From an uncultured delta proteobacterium (GTDB lineage: Bacteria > Myxococcota_A > UBA9160 > SMWR01), in the NCBI GenBank assembly GCA_963832165.1, contig CAWHTE010000005.1, positions 311,509 to 375,508 on the forward strand: a DNA stretch of 64,000 nt, given 5' to 3'. Shown here piece by piece: positions 9,950 to 23,680 of the stretch. The translations under genes were made by a program, and so were the position numbers. Position 1 is the first letter of the stretch, and each line of letters opens with the position of its first letter. The notes beneath the pieces are model-generated. The model had not been told where the DNA came from. It searched no databases and worked only from the letters and a program-made list of their open reading frames with translations.

Positions 9950-11266
9950 GTGGCTGCCCGCATCCTGATCATCGACAGCGACCCTGCCGCCTGGGCGGAG
10001 GTCCAGCGCGCACTCGAGGCCGCGGGGTGTGAAGTGGTTTGCGCAGCCGGCACGCCCGCCGCGCTCGCGGCGCTCGACGGGTCGCGCTTCGATCTCGTGC
10101 TGTGCGACTGGCGCATGCCGTTTCGGGAGGGCTCACCGCTCGCGGCCGAGCTGACGCGGCGCCTGCCCGATGGCCGCTGCGTGATGACCTCGGACGAGGG
10201 GCTCGACGCGCTCGCCGCCGAGGCGATCGCGCGCGGCTGGGCCGAGGTGCTCGCGCTTCCCACGCCGGCCGCCGCGGTGCTGCTCGCGCTGCGCCGCGCG
10301 CGCGAACGCCAGCGCCTGCGCCGGCGCGCATCGCTCTTCGAGGAGGACCTCGCGCGCGCCGCGGGCGATCGGCCGATCGTCGCGGCGTCGCCAGTCATGA
10401 TCGACCTGCTCGAGGAGCTCGAACGGGTCGCAGTCGCGCGCAGCGCGGTGCTGCTCACGGGCGAGCCCGGGAGCGGCCGCGAGGGCATCGCGCGCGCGAT
10501 CCACTCCCAGTCGCCGCGCCGCGGCGGATCGTTCGTCGCCGTGAACTGCGCGCACGGGTCCGATCGCGAGCGCGAGTACCGCCTGTTCGGCAGCGGCCGC
10601 AGCTCGGCACCCGGTTCTGCACTCGCGGACGCGCACGGCGGCACGCTCTACCTCGATACGATCGATGCACTCCCTCTGCCGCTGCAGACACGCCTCGTCA
10701 GCGCGCTGCGCGACGCCGAGTCGGCCAGCGCTTCGGAGGGCGCCAAACCCCGCGCGATCGCCTCGACGCGCGCCGATCTCGACGAGCTCGTGCGGCGCGG
10801 CGCGTTCTGGAAGGAGCTCTACGAGCTGCTGCGCGAGGTCCACCTGCGCGTTCCCCCGCTGCGCGAGCGGCGCGAGGACATCCCGTTGCTCGTCGACCAT
10901 TTCCTCGCGCGCGCGGCCGCCGCACGCGGCCGCACCCAGCTCACGGTCACGGGCGACGCGCTCGACGTGCTCATCGCCTATCGCTGGCCCGGGAACGTGC
11001 GCGAGCTCGCCGCGGTGCTCGAGCACGCCGCAGACCTCTCGGCCGAGGACTCGATCTCCGCGCGCGAGCTGCCCGACGACCTCACGCACGGGCCCGAATC
11101 CGGGAATCCCTTCGCGCTGCGCGCCGCGCGGCGCGCGTTCGAGATCGACCTGATCCGCCGGACTCTGCGCGCAACCGCGGGCAACCGGACCCGGGCCGCG
11201 CGACTGCTCGAGATCAGCCACCGAGCGCTGCTGTACAAGCTCAAGGAGCTCGAGATCCGCGATTAG
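9950..11266 (+). CDS. Degenerate NtrC-type regulator (REC-AAA+-Fis HTH), PilR2-like
   Basis: WPGNVREL and Fis HTH present; Walker A GEPGSGRE, no GAFTGA, Walker B LYLDT. Confidence 0.8.
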   Translation: MAARILIIDSDPAAWAEVQRALEAAGCEVVCAAGTPAALAALDGSRFDLVLCDWRMPFREGSPLAAELTRRLPDGRCVMTSDEGLDALAAEAIARGWAEVLALPTPAAAVLLALRRARERQRLRRRASLFEEDLARAAGDRPIVAASPVMIDLLEELERVAVARSAVLLTGEPGSGREGIARAIHSQSPRRGGSFVAVNCAHGSDREREYRLFGSGRSSAPGSALADAHGGTLYLDTIDALPLPLQTRLVSALRDAESASASEGAKPRAIASTRADLDELVRRGAFWKELYELLREVHLRVPPLRERREDIPLLVDHFLARAAAARGRTQLTVTGDALDVLIAYRWPGNVRELAAVLEHAADLSAEDSISARELPDDLTHGPESGNPFALRAARRAFEIDLIRRTLRATAGNRTRAARLLEISHRALLYKLKELEIRD

Positions 11267-11287
11267 GCGCGGAAGCGCCGCGAACGG

Positions 11288-12700
11288 CTACTCCGGCTCG
11301 TCCTCGCCGCCCGCGCTGGGCTCCTCGAGGCCGAGCTTCTCGAGCCGGTAGCGGAACGAGCGGAACGAGATCCCGAGCCGCTGCGCAGCGCGCTTCTTCA
11401 CGCCCCCGCATTGGTCGAGCGCCTCGACCAGGAGGCCCCGCTCGTAGTCTGCGAGCACGCTCTCGAGGGAGATCCCTTCCGCGGGCAGCCGATCGCGCCC
11501 CGATCCGCTCCGCGCGCGCACCACGGTGGGCGGGAGCACCTCGACGCCGATCTCCCCGCCGCGCGAGAGCGCCACGGCGCGCTCGATCACGTTCTCGAGC
11601 TCGCGCACGTTGCCGGGATAGTCGTAGGCCACGAGCTTCTCGAGCGCCGCGTCGCTCACGCGCTGCACTTCGCGACCGAGCTCGCTCTCGTACTTCGCGA
11701 CGAAGTGCGCGACGAGCAGCGGGATGTCCTCGCGCCGATCGCGGAGCGGAGGCAGCTCCACTTCGATCACGTTCAGGCGGTAGTAGAGGTCCTCGCGGAA
11801 GCGCCCGCCCGCCACCTCCTCCTCGAGCCGGCGATTGGTCGCGGCGACCAGCCGCGCGTCGAAGCGGATGTCGGAAGTGCCCCCGACGCGCCGGAACGTG
11901 CGCTCCTGGATCACGCGCAGGAGCTTCACCTGGAGCGGCAGCGAGAGCTCGCCGATCTCGTCGAGGAAGACCGTGCCCGCGTGCGCGGTCTCGAACAGGC
12001 CCGGCTTGCTGTTCACCGCGCCCGTGAACGCGCCCTTCACGTGGCCGAACAGCTCCGACTCGAGCAGGTTCTCGGGGATCGCGCCGCAGTTGACCGCGAC
12101 GAACGGGCTGTCGCGCCGCTCGCTGCCATCGTGGATCGCGCGCGCGGCGATCTCCTTGCCGGTGCCGCTCTCGCCCGAGATGAGTACGTTCGCCTTGGTC
12201 GCGGCCACCTGTGCGATCAGGTCCACGACGCGTTGCATCACCGCGCTCGTGCCGATCAGGTGGCGTTCGCGGGTTCGGCTGCGCAGCTCGCTGCGCAGGC
12301 GGCGGTTCTCGCTCGACAGCGACTTCTTCTCGATCGCCTTCTCGACGATCAGCCGGATCGCGTCGACCTTGAACGGCTTGGTGATGTAGTCGTAGGCGCC
12401 TTCCTTCATCGCTGCGATCGCGGTCTCGGTGGTCGCGAACGCCGTCATCACGATCACGAGCGTCTCGGCGCCCGAATCCTGGCGCGCGTGCACGTCGCGC
12501 AACAGCTCGAGGCCGCTGCCGCCCGGCATCTGGAGGTCGGTGATCACGAGATCGAAGTCGTCGTGCTCGAGCGCGACACGCGCGGCGGCGACGTCGCCGA
12601 CCGTCACCGCGTCATAGCCCTCGCTGCGCAGGAAGATCTCCAGGAACTCCTGCATGCTCTGCTCGTCGTCGACGACGAGGACCCGCGCGCGCGCGCTCAC
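11288..12700 (-). CDS. pilR: Sigma54-dependent response regulator PilR
   Basis: REC domain, [17 protein letters not shown]; follows pilS. Confidence 0.9.
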   Translation of the reverse strand: MSARARVLVVDDEQSMQEFLEIFLRSEGYDAVTVGDVAAARVALEHDDFDLVITDLQMPGGSGLELLRDVHARQDSGAETLVIVMTAFATTETAIAAMKEGAYDYITKPFKVDAIRLIVEKAIEKKSLSSENRRLRSELRSRTRERHLIGTSAVMQRVVDLIAQVAATKANVLISGESGTGKEIAARAIHDGSERRDSPFVAVNCGAIPENLLESELFGHVKGAFTGAVNSKPGLFETAHAGTVFLDEIGELSLPLQVKLLRVIQERTFRRVGGTSDIRFDARLVAATNRRLEEEVAGGRFREDLYYRLNVIEVELPPLRDRREDIPLLVAHFVAKYESELGREVQRVSDAALEKLVAYDYPGNVRELENVIERAVALSRGGEIGVEVLPPTVVRARSGSGRDRLPAEGISLESVLADYERGLLVEALDQCGGVKKRAAQRLGISFRSFRYRLEKLGLEEPSAGGEDEPE

Positions 12701-14389
12701 GACGCGACCTCTGCGTTCGGAAGCAAGAGGCAGAACGCGGTCCGGAACGCGCCTGCGCGCCGCTCGACGCGCACGAGCCCGTGGTGCTCCGCGACGACGC
12801 GGTGCACGATCGCGAGACCCAGACCGGTACCGCCGGCTTTGGTCGTGAAGAACGGATCGAACACGCGATCCACGATTTCCTTGGGAATGCCGACACCCTG
12901 ATCCATCACGGTGATCTCGGCCCACACGGGTTTCTTCTCGTCCATTCGGCCCGGGAAGCGCTCCCCTTGAGCCGCCCCGCGGCGAGACGGCCGCGCCTCG
13001 ATGCGCAGGGCGCCGCCGTCGGGCATCGCCTGCGCCGCGTTCACGAGCAGGTTCCAGAGCACCTGGCGGAGCTGACCCGGGTCCGCGTGGACGGCGAGCC
13101 CCGCGTGCAGATCGCATTCGACCCCCACCGCCGCGGGGCGCGCGGCCTCGAACATCTCGAGCACCTCGCCCACGAGGTCGGCCAGCGTCACGCGCTCGAT
13201 GCGCGGCTCGCCCGGCCGCGCGAACGAGAGGAAGTCGGTGATCAGCCCGTCGAGCCGGTCGACCTCGCGCAGCACGATCCCCATCAGCCGGTCCGAGTCG
13301 ACGCGGCCTCCGGGGCCGTCCGACTTCATCATCTGGATCGAGCCCGAGATCGCCGCGAGCGGGTTGCGAATCTCGTGCGCGATGCTCGCGGACAGCTCGC
13401 CGACCGCGGCCAGCCGCTCGGAGCGGCGCAGCTCGCGCTCCATCGCCACGACGTCGGTGACGTCCTGGAAGATCACCACCTCGCCCGCCGCAGCGTTCGA
13501 GGCGTCGCGCAGCACGTAGGCGCCGATGCCGAGATGCAGCGAGCTCCCTTCCGGCCCCGCGAACACCATGCGCGCGCGCGCGCCAGGCTCGCTCGGGTGC
13601 GCGCCCGGGAAGCAGCGAGCGCACGCCCGGAAGCACCTGCTCGACGTCGCGCCCGAGCGCTTCGGTGCGCGCGAGCCCGGTGATCCGCTGCGCCTCCTGG
13701 TTGAACGAGGTGACGCGGCCCTCGAGGTCGGTGGTGAGCAGCCCGCTCTTCAGGCTCTCCACGGTGCGCTGGTGCAGCGTGCGGAGCTGCTCGAGGTCCT
13801 GCGTGCGCTCGGCGAGCGCGGTGCCCGTGCGCATGAGCTCGCGCGCGAGGAAGCCCGAGAGCCCGGATGCGCCGAACAGAGCCGAAGCGTGGACCGCCCA
13901 GCTCGTGAACAGCACCGCGAACGGCTCGGAGCCGAGCGCGGGTCCGAGCCAGCCGCGGTGGCCGAGCAAGAGCACGCAGGCGTAGGCGAGCGTCCCCGCG
14001 CTCGCGCACGCGAGCGCACCCACGCCCGGGAACAGCACACCCGCGTACAGCCCCACGGCGACGTACAGAAACGTGAACACCGAATCCTTGCCGCCCGAGA
14101 ACAGCACGAGCGCCGATACCAGCGCGAGGTCGGTGGCCACGTTGATTGCCGCGAACGCGCGCGGGCGCTCGATCCGGCCCACGAGCGGCCGGTACACGAG
14201 CGTCGCGACGAAGCACAGCGCAACGGCGACGTAGAAGCCGGGCCACTGCGTCGCGGGCGTCTCGCGCCCGATCGCATCGAGCGTGATGCCGATCGCGAGA
14301 CCGCCGATCGCGAGCGCGAGCCGCGATGCCATCAGCACGAGCAGCACCCGCTCGACCCGAGGGTCGCGGTTCGGCCAGCGCGAGCTCAC
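12697..14389 (-). CDS. pilS: Sensor histidine kinase PilS (frameshift near 13600)
   Basis: Multi-TM N-terminus, PAS, AHEIRNPL, FDPFFTTK, GTGLGL. Confidence 0.85.
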
Positions 14390-14432
14390 CTGCTCCGCCC
14401 TCCCGTTCCGGATCCCCGCTCCTGCGCGTCGC

Positions 14433-15648
14433 TCAGCCGATCGTGTCCGCGATCTTGAAGATCGGCAGGTACATCGCGATCAGCAGGCCGCCGACCGTGC
14501 CGCCGAGGAACACCATCATCAGCGGCTCGAGCATCGCGGTGAGCGCCTCGACCGCCGCGTCGACCTCTTCGTCGTAGAAGTCGGCGATCTTCGAGAGCAT
14601 CGTGTCCATCGCGCCGGTCTGCTCACCGACCGCGATCATCTGCACGACCATGCCCGGGAACACGTCCGACTCCGCGAGCGGCTCCGCGATCGTCTTGCCC
14701 TCGGTGATCGCCGCGCGCACCTTCCGGAGCGCCTCCTCGATCACCATGTTGCCGGCCGTGCGCGCGACGATGTCGAGCGCGTCGAGGATCGGCACGCCCG
14801 ACGAGATCATCGTGCCGAGCGTGCGCGTGAAGCGCGCGACGGCCACCTTGCGCAGCAGCGGGCCGAACACGGGCATCTTCAGGAACGATCGCGTCGGTCG
14901 CGCGGCGGAACTTCAGGTTCTTGCGGCGCGCCGTCATGAACGCGATGAACGAACCGACGAGTACGACCATGAACAGCGCGATCCAGTCCTGCATGAAGTG
15001 CGAGAGCTCGATGACGAACTGCGGTCGGGCCCGGGCAGCTCGCCGCCGAAGTCCGCGAACATCTTCTCGAAGATCGGGATGACCTTGATCAGCATCAGGA
15101 CCACGACGCCGATCGCGACGACGAGCACGGTGGTCGGGTAGACCATCGCGCCCTTGACCTGGCGCTTCGAGCGCGTCCGCCTTCTCGATGTAGACGGCGA
15201 GGCGGTTCAGGATCGTGTCGAGGATGCCGCCGATCTCGCCGGCCTGGACCAGGTTGACGTAGAGGTCGTCGAAGAGCTTCGGGTGCTTGCGCAGCGCGTC
15301 GGCGAAGGTCGAGCCCTGCTCGACGTCCGCCTTCACCTCGCGAATGATCGCCTTGAAGGTCTTGTTCGGCTGCTGGTTGCCGAGGATGTCGAGGCACTGC
15401 ACGAGCGGCAGGCCGGCGTCGATCATCGTCGCGAACTGGCGGGTGAAGATCACGAGCTCGCGGGTCTTGATGCCCTGCTTGAGGAACGGCAGGTACTCGC
15501 TGAGGTCCTTCGACTTCTCCTTGACCGTGACGGGCAGGAGCAGCTGCGAGCGAAGCTGCGCCATCACGGCGGCTTCGTTCATCGCCTCGATCTCGCCCTT
15601 CTTCAGCTTCCCGGTGCGGGTCCGCGCTTTCCACTGAAAGATCGGCAT
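14433..15648 (-). CDS. pilC: Platform protein PilC (frameshifts ~15165, ~15025, ~14885)
   Basis: [40 protein letters not shown]. Confidence 0.9.
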
Positions 15649-15685
15649 CGCCCTCTACTCCTCCGCTCTCGAGTCGAGAGCCCCC

Positions 15686-16805
<1,120 letters not shown>

Positions 16806-16822
16806 CGAATCCGACTCCTGGC

Positions 16823-18532
<1,710 letters not shown>

Positions 18533-18606
18533 AACCCCCCCGCGCGCCAGCCGTGCAGTCCCAGCGGAGCTGCGCGAGCGCGCAATTCTGCCGAGATGCC
18601 GCAGAG

Positions 18607-18634
18607 ATATCGGTCCGCGGAGCAGTGACCTTTA
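18607..18634 (-). promoter_or_regulatory. Candidate sigma28-type promoter for pilBTCSR
   Basis: TAAA-N16-ACCGATAT. Confidence 0.65.
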
Positions 18635-18820
18635 CCGTCACCGCTCGGACGAAGTGCGCAGCCGCGCGCACGCAGGTTGCAGCCGCGGGCGAGGGTTCCA
18701 AGCGAGCTGGATTCAGATCCAGCTCATCGCAGAGTCGCGTGAAGCAGCTCCGCTTCGAGGGAAAGCCGCCCCCTTCGTTCCCTGAAAGCCAAACCAGGAG
18801 TGCCTGGGCAGTCCCGCCCC

Positions 18821-19507
18821 CTACACCGAACGTCCGGGGATCTCCTCCGGATCCAGCAACCCGCTCCCCCGCCAGCCGATAGCCAGGAGCCAGGATCGAG
18901 GTAGGGCTACCGGCGACGACTCCACGACCTGGACCGTTGGCCGTCTCTTCCAGCCATCGAACCAACGCCCCGAGGACGCCGGATCGATCCGCAAAGCACT
19001 CGAAAGAGTCCGGCCGGCCTTCGCCGCATGCCGCCGTGCGTTCAGCAGCACGTAGGCGAGCGCATTCCGCACCTCGCGTGGGGTCCGCAGCACGCGCATG
19101 TGGTAGCGATCGGCCAAGACCGGCCCCGAGCGCCCGAAGATGCGATTCACTCCTCGCGCGAGGCGCGCGCCCAACGCCTTCATTCCGCGGCCGAGAGCGT
19201 TCGCATCGGCGGCTTCGATGATCAGGTGGGCGTGATTGCTCTGGAGTGAGTAGTGAACCAGCCGAAAATCGTCGCGCTCACAGCCGGCAGCGAAGCTCCG
19301 CTCGAGTTCGCGCACCAGCCGGACCGTGCGCAGCGAAGGAATTCCTTCGCGGACCTTCAGGGTCACGTGACACGGTAGACGATGCGCGAACGCGCCGCGC
19401 GATCGATGCCGTATCCGCGGGTTCAGACCTGGCTTCCGTCCGGCGCCGGGTCTTCGACCCCCATGCCGAACCCGATCGAGCTCGAGCTGTTCCGCTATGT
19501 GACGCAT
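18821..19507 (-). mobile_element. Y1 HUH transposase, IS200/REP-associated tyrosine transposase (RAYT)-like
   Basis: HVT motif, NHAHL HUH motif, DRY and ALAYVLLN catalytic Tyr; lower GC than neighbours. Confidence 0.85.
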
Positions 19508-19658
19508 CGCAGTGTAGATTAGGGCTATGTTCCAGAGGAGTCAACAGCCCATCGATGAATCGCGCGTTAGGCGCCAGATTCAGACGTTATGCGCCGCTTC
19601 GATGGATCGAAATCCATTCCCTCGGAGCCAGCCGGCCGCGGTTGAGGCTCCCAGGCTG

Positions 19659-20675
19659 CTATTCAGCGGCTCCGCTCGGCGCCGAGCCGGGCAGATCGCG
19701 CAGGTGGACGTGCCGCGAGCGCATCACGAGCGCGCCGGTGCCGGTCATCGTGAACCAGAAGACGGCGTGGGCGAGCGTTCCGATCGCGACCGCGGTCTCC
19801 GCGGAGACGCCGAACTGCTCGAGCGCGAGGCGACACGCGGAGTGGTAGAGGCCGAAGAACCCCGGCGCCGCGGGCAGCGCCACGGCGACGCCGAGCGCGG
19901 AGAGCGTCATCCAGCACGCGGCGAGCGTGCGGACCGGGCCCCCGAGGTCCAGCCCGACCGCCCAGATCGCGGCGAGGATCGGCAGCGTCGATACGATCAG
20001 CCAGACCGCGATCGACTCCACCGCGATCCACGCGAGATGCGAGCCGCCGCGCAGCGCGCCGAGGCCCGCCGCGAAGCCGCGCAGCTGGTGCAGCACCCAC
20101 TCCGAGATGCGCGCGGGGGTCGGGCGCAGCATCAGTGCGGCGAGTCCGAGCAGGGACTCCGGCGCTGCGCGCAGCCAGACGAGCCCTGCGAGCGGCACGA
20201 GCGCGACCGGCGCGAGCCAGAGCACTCCGCGCCGGAACACCTCGCTCTCGCCGCCCGCGAACGCCATGGCGGCGAGCGCCATCGCGAGCACGGACAGGCC
20301 GTCGATCACGCGCTCGAGCACGACCGTCGCGAGCACGGCGGGGACCGGGGCCTGCGTCTCGCGCGCGAGGAAGCCCACGCGCACGAATTCGCCGATCCGC
20401 AGCGGGAAGATGTTGTTGGCCATGAAGCCGACCGCGACGGCGCGAAACAGCGCCGCGCGCGGCATCGGCGCAATCGCGTCGGTCAGGTGACCCCAGCGCA
20501 GCGCGCGCAACCAGACCACCGCGACATAGGAAGGCACGGAGATCCCGATCAAGAGGCCCCAGCGCGCGCGCCGGAACTCGGCCCCGAGTGCGCCGAAGTC
20601 CACGCCGCGCAGCGCGAACCACACTGCGAGCAGCGCGACCGCGAGGCCAAGTGCGATGCGCAGGCGCTGGTTCAA
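19659..20675 (-). CDS. Lysylphosphatidylglycerol synthase TM / flippase-like membrane protein
   Basis: RALRW, VGFMANNIFPLRIGE, ERVID motifs; TTGA overlap with ribF. Confidence 0.85.
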   Translation of the reverse strand: MNQRLRIALGLAVALLAVWFALRGVDFGALGAEFRRARWGLLIGISVPSYVAVVWLRALRWGHLTDAIAPMPRAALFRAVAVGFMANNIFPLRIGEFVRVGFLARETQAPVPAVLATVVLERVIDGLSVLAMALAAMAFAGGESEVFRRGVLWLAPVALVPLAGLVWLRAAPESLLGLAALMLRPTPARISEWVLHQLRGFAAGLGALRGGSHLAWIAVESIAVWLIVSTLPILAAIWAVGLDLGGPVRTLAACWMTLSALGVAVALPAAPGFFGLYHSACRLALEQFGVSAETAVAIGTLAHAVFWFTMTGTGALVMRSRHVHLRDLPGSAPSGAAE

Positions 20676-21628
20676 ACGTCCTGCTCGGCGAGCCGGTGGC
20701 GCGCTTCGTCTGCGTCGGCGCCGATCTGGGTGCGCAGCGCGTCGACGCTGGGGAACTTCCGCTCCGCGCGCAGCCAGATCGGAAACGACAGCTCGACGCG
20801 GCGCCCATAGAGGTCGCCGCTCCAGTCGAGCGCGTGCGCCTCGGCGAGCACCTTCTCGCCGCGCTCGAAGGTCGGCCGGCGCCCGACGTTCGTCACCACG
20901 GGCAGGCGCGTGCCGGCCGCAGGATCGCCCGCGTCGAGCAGACGCAGCTCGCCCGCATACACCCCGGGAGCCGGCAGCACCTCGCTCTCCGGGTCGAGAT
21001 TGGCGGTCGGGAAGCCGAGCGTGCGGCCGCGCTCGTCGCCGCGCACCACCGTGCCGCGCACCGCGTACGGGCGGCCCAACATGCGCGCGGCGAGCTCGGG
21101 CAGACCGTCCGAGAGCAGGCGGCGGATCCGCGTCGAGTTGACGTCGCCCTCGTCCACCGTCACCTCCGGAATGATCGTCACGGCGAAGCCCAGGCGGGGC
21201 CCGAGCTCGGTCAACAGACGCATCGACCCGCTGCGGTCGCGACCGAAGTGGAAGTCGTATCCCACGTACACTTCCACGGGTCGCAGCCGGCGATGCAGGC
21301 ACTCGCGGATGAATGTCTCCGCGTCCGTGCGCGCGAAGTCGAGCGTGAACGGCTCGACGATCACCGCCTCGACGCCGTGCTGCTCGAGCAGCTCGATCTT
21401 CTGATCGAGCGTCGTGAGCAGGCCCGGCGCGCTGTCGGGTCGCAGCACCTTGCGCGGGTGCGGATCGAACGTGTAGACGACCGCTTCTCCACCCACGACG
21501 CGCGCGCGCGCGACGACCGTGCGCAGGATCGCCTGGTGGCCGAGATGGATCCCGTCGAAGTTCCCGACCGTGACGACCGGGCTGACCAGCGATCCCGCCG
21601 CTGCCGCGCTGCCCTTCAAGACCCTCAA
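20672..21628 (-). CDS. ribF: Bifunctional riboflavin kinase/FAD synthetase
   Basis: GNFDGIHLGH, TFDPHP, GFPTAN, NVGRRPT. Confidence 0.95.
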   Translation of the reverse strand: MRVLKGSAAAAGSLVSPVVTVGNFDGIHLGHQAILRTVVARARVVGGEAVVYTFDPHPRKVLRPDSAPGLLTTLDQKIELLEQHGVEAVIVEPFTLDFARTDAETFIRECLHRRLRPVEVYVGYDFHFGRDRSGSMRLLTELGPRLGFAVTIIPEVTVDEGDVNSTRIRRLLSDGLPELAARMLGRPYAVRGTVVRGDERGRTLGFPTANLDPESEVLPAPGVYAGELRLLDAGDPAAGTRLPVVTNVGRRPTFERGEKVLAEAHALDWSGDLYGRRVELSFPIWLRAERKFPSVDALRTQIGADADEARHRLAEQDV

Positions 21629-21702
21629 GCGTGTGCCTCGCACGTGATCCGGGCGCGCTGCACCCGGGCTCTCCCGCGGGAGCGCGATGCTAGCCTCCCG
21701 CG

Positions 21703-22779
21703 GTGCGCATCCTCTCGCGCTACTTCGTTCTCGGCTACCTGACCTACTACGCCGCAATCCTCATCGTCTCGATCCTCGTGGTCGCAATCGTCGAGATGAT
21801 GGTGAACTTCGATCACGTGATCGAGTACGGCGCGGGGATCATGGGCGCCGCCTCCTATCTCTTCCTGCGTCTCCCATCCTATTACCTGCCGTTCCTGCTC
21901 CCCGTGGGTTCCTTCGGGGCGGCGTTCCTGTGCCTCGGGCTCCCCGCGCGCGCGCTGGAGATCCTCGCGGCGCGCACGAGCGGCATCGCACCGCTGCGGC
22001 TCGCGGCACCCGTGCTCGCCACGGCGACCGTGTTCGCGGTGCTCGCGCTGTACCTGAACGAGACGGTCGTGCTCCGCGCCGCGCAGCGCGTCGACCGCGG
22101 GTCGGAAGGCGGTGAGCTGTTCCAGTCGCGGGGCGAATTCTGGTACCAACGCGGGAACACGCTGTTCAACATCAAGGCGGCGGACCGCGACACCCGGACA
22201 CTCCAAGGTGTCGCGATCTACGAGCGCGATGCCGCAGGCCGGCTCGTGCGCAGCGTGCAGGCCGAAGTCGCCCACATCCAGCCCGATCACCGCTGGCGCC
22301 TCGAGAACGCGCTGTTTCGCGACTTCCCGACCGGCGAACCCGAAGCCGCACCGCGCACCGAGGCGCGCGAATCGGCGTTCTTCGAGTTCGGCAGCTCGGC
22401 CGACCTCGCGCTGCTGGGCGCGGACCCGCGCGAGCTCTCGCTTCCGCGCCTGCGCGCGTACATCCATGCGGTCGACAGCGAAGGCCGCGACACCAGGCGC
22501 TTTCGCTCTCTGTTTCATGCGCGGCTGGTCGACCCGTTCTCGGTGCTGCTGTTCGCGGTGCTCGCCACTCCGCTCGGATTCTCGGTGGAGCGCGCGCGCA
22601 GCCTCGGCGCGGCGGTGCTCCAGGGCATCGCGCTGCTCGGCGGCTATTACGGGCTGCAGACGACCGCCAGCGTGATCGGCGCCGGCGGGTTCGGCCCGGC
22701 CGCGTCGGTGGCCCCGTGGCTCGTGCTCGGCGCGTTCTCCGCGTTCGGGGCGTGGCGGCTCGCGCGCATGAGCGGCTGA
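21703..22779 (+). CDS. lptG: LptF/LptG family permease
   Basis: MRILSRY start, 3+3 TM layout with central beta-rich domain. Confidence 0.8.
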   Translation: MRILSRYFVLGYLTYYAAILIVSILVVAIVEMMVNFDHVIEYGAGIMGAASYLFLRLPSYYLPFLLPVGSFGAAFLCLGLPARALEILAARTSGIAPLRLAAPVLATATVFAVLALYLNETVVLRAAQRVDRGSEGGELFQSRGEFWYQRGNTLFNIKAADRDTRTLQGVAIYERDAAGRLVRSVQAEVAHIQPDHRWRLENALFRDFPTGEPEAAPRTEARESAFFEFGSSADLALLGADPRELSLPRLRAYIHAVDSEGRDTRRFRSLFHARLVDPFSVLLFAVLATPLGFSVERARSLGAAVLQGIALLGGYYGLQTTASVIGAGGFGPAASVAPWLVLGAFSAFGAWRLARMSG

Positions 22780-22801
22780 TCGGCGCGCGGGCGCCGCGCG
22801 C

Positions 22802-23680
22802 TCACTCGCGCCCCTGACCCTCGAGGTACTTGAAGAACTCGGTGTCGGGCGAGAGCACGAGCGTGGTGTGCCCGTCGATCGTCTTGCGGTACGCCTCGAG
22901 GCTGCGCACGAACGCGTAGAAATCGGGATCGGCCGAGTAGGCCTCGCCGTAGATGCGCGCCGCCTCGGCGTCACCGATACCGCGCTGGATCTCGGCATCG
23001 CGACGCGCGTTCGCGACGATCACGCGCGCCTCGCGGTCGGCCTCGGCTCGGACCTTGCGCGCGCGCTCGTCGCCCTCCGCGCGGTTCTTCTTCGCGAGCC
23101 GCTCGCGCTCGGTCTTCATTCGCGCGTAGACCGACTCCTCGGTGCCGGGCGGCAGTTCGGTGCGGTTGATCCGCACGTCGTTCACCTCGACCCCGAGCGG
23201 CGCCAGCTGCTGATGTGCCCCCTCGGTGATCGTGGCCATGATCGCGGCACGCTGGCTCTCGAGCACCTCGGAGAGCGTGTGGCGGCCGATCACGCTGCGC
23301 ACGGCGTCGCGCACGACGCGGTCGATTCGCTGCTCCGCGGTATCAACGCTCCCGAACGAGAAGTTGAACTTGCGTGGGTCTGCGATCCGCCAGATCGTGT
23401 AGTTGTCGACCACGAGCTGCTCGCCGTCCTTGGTCTGGATTCCCTGAGCGTCGGTGCTGTTGTAGAGCCACGCGCTGGGATAGGTCCGGATCACTTCGAC
23501 GAACGGGAACGCAAGCGAGATGCCGGGCTCCGTCACGTCGCGCACGTCGCCGAACAAGAGCACGAGCTTCTGCTCTCCCTCGCGCGTGATCACGACGGGC
23601 GGAATCCCGAGGTTGCCCGCCGCCACCGCGAGCACCGCAAGTGCGACGCCGAACAGCGCGAACAGCGCGAACTTCCTCAC
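22802..23680 (-). CDS. hflC: Protease modulator HflC
   Basis: IWRIADP, VYARMKTERER, DPDFYAFVRSLEAY. Confidence 0.9.
   Translation of the reverse strand: MRKFALFALFGVALAVLAVAAGNLGIPPVVITREGEQKLVLLFGDVRDVTEPGISLAFPFVEVIRTYPSAWLYNSTDAQGIQTKDGEQLVVDNYTIWRIADPRKFNFSFGSVDTAEQRIDRVVRDAVRSVIGRHTLSEVLESQRAAIMATITEGAHQQLAPLGVEVNDVRINRTELPPGTEESVYARMKTERERLAKKNRAEGDERARKVRAEADREARVIVANARRDAEIQRGIGDAEAARIYGEAYSADPDFYAFVRSLEAYRKTIDGHTTLVLSPDTEFFKYLEGQGRE

Noticed and set aside
11288..14389. 1033-aa PilS-PilR fusion in the ORF track
   Set aside because: Product of the pilS frameshift; the kinase core is in another frame and ends at a GTGA overlap with pilR
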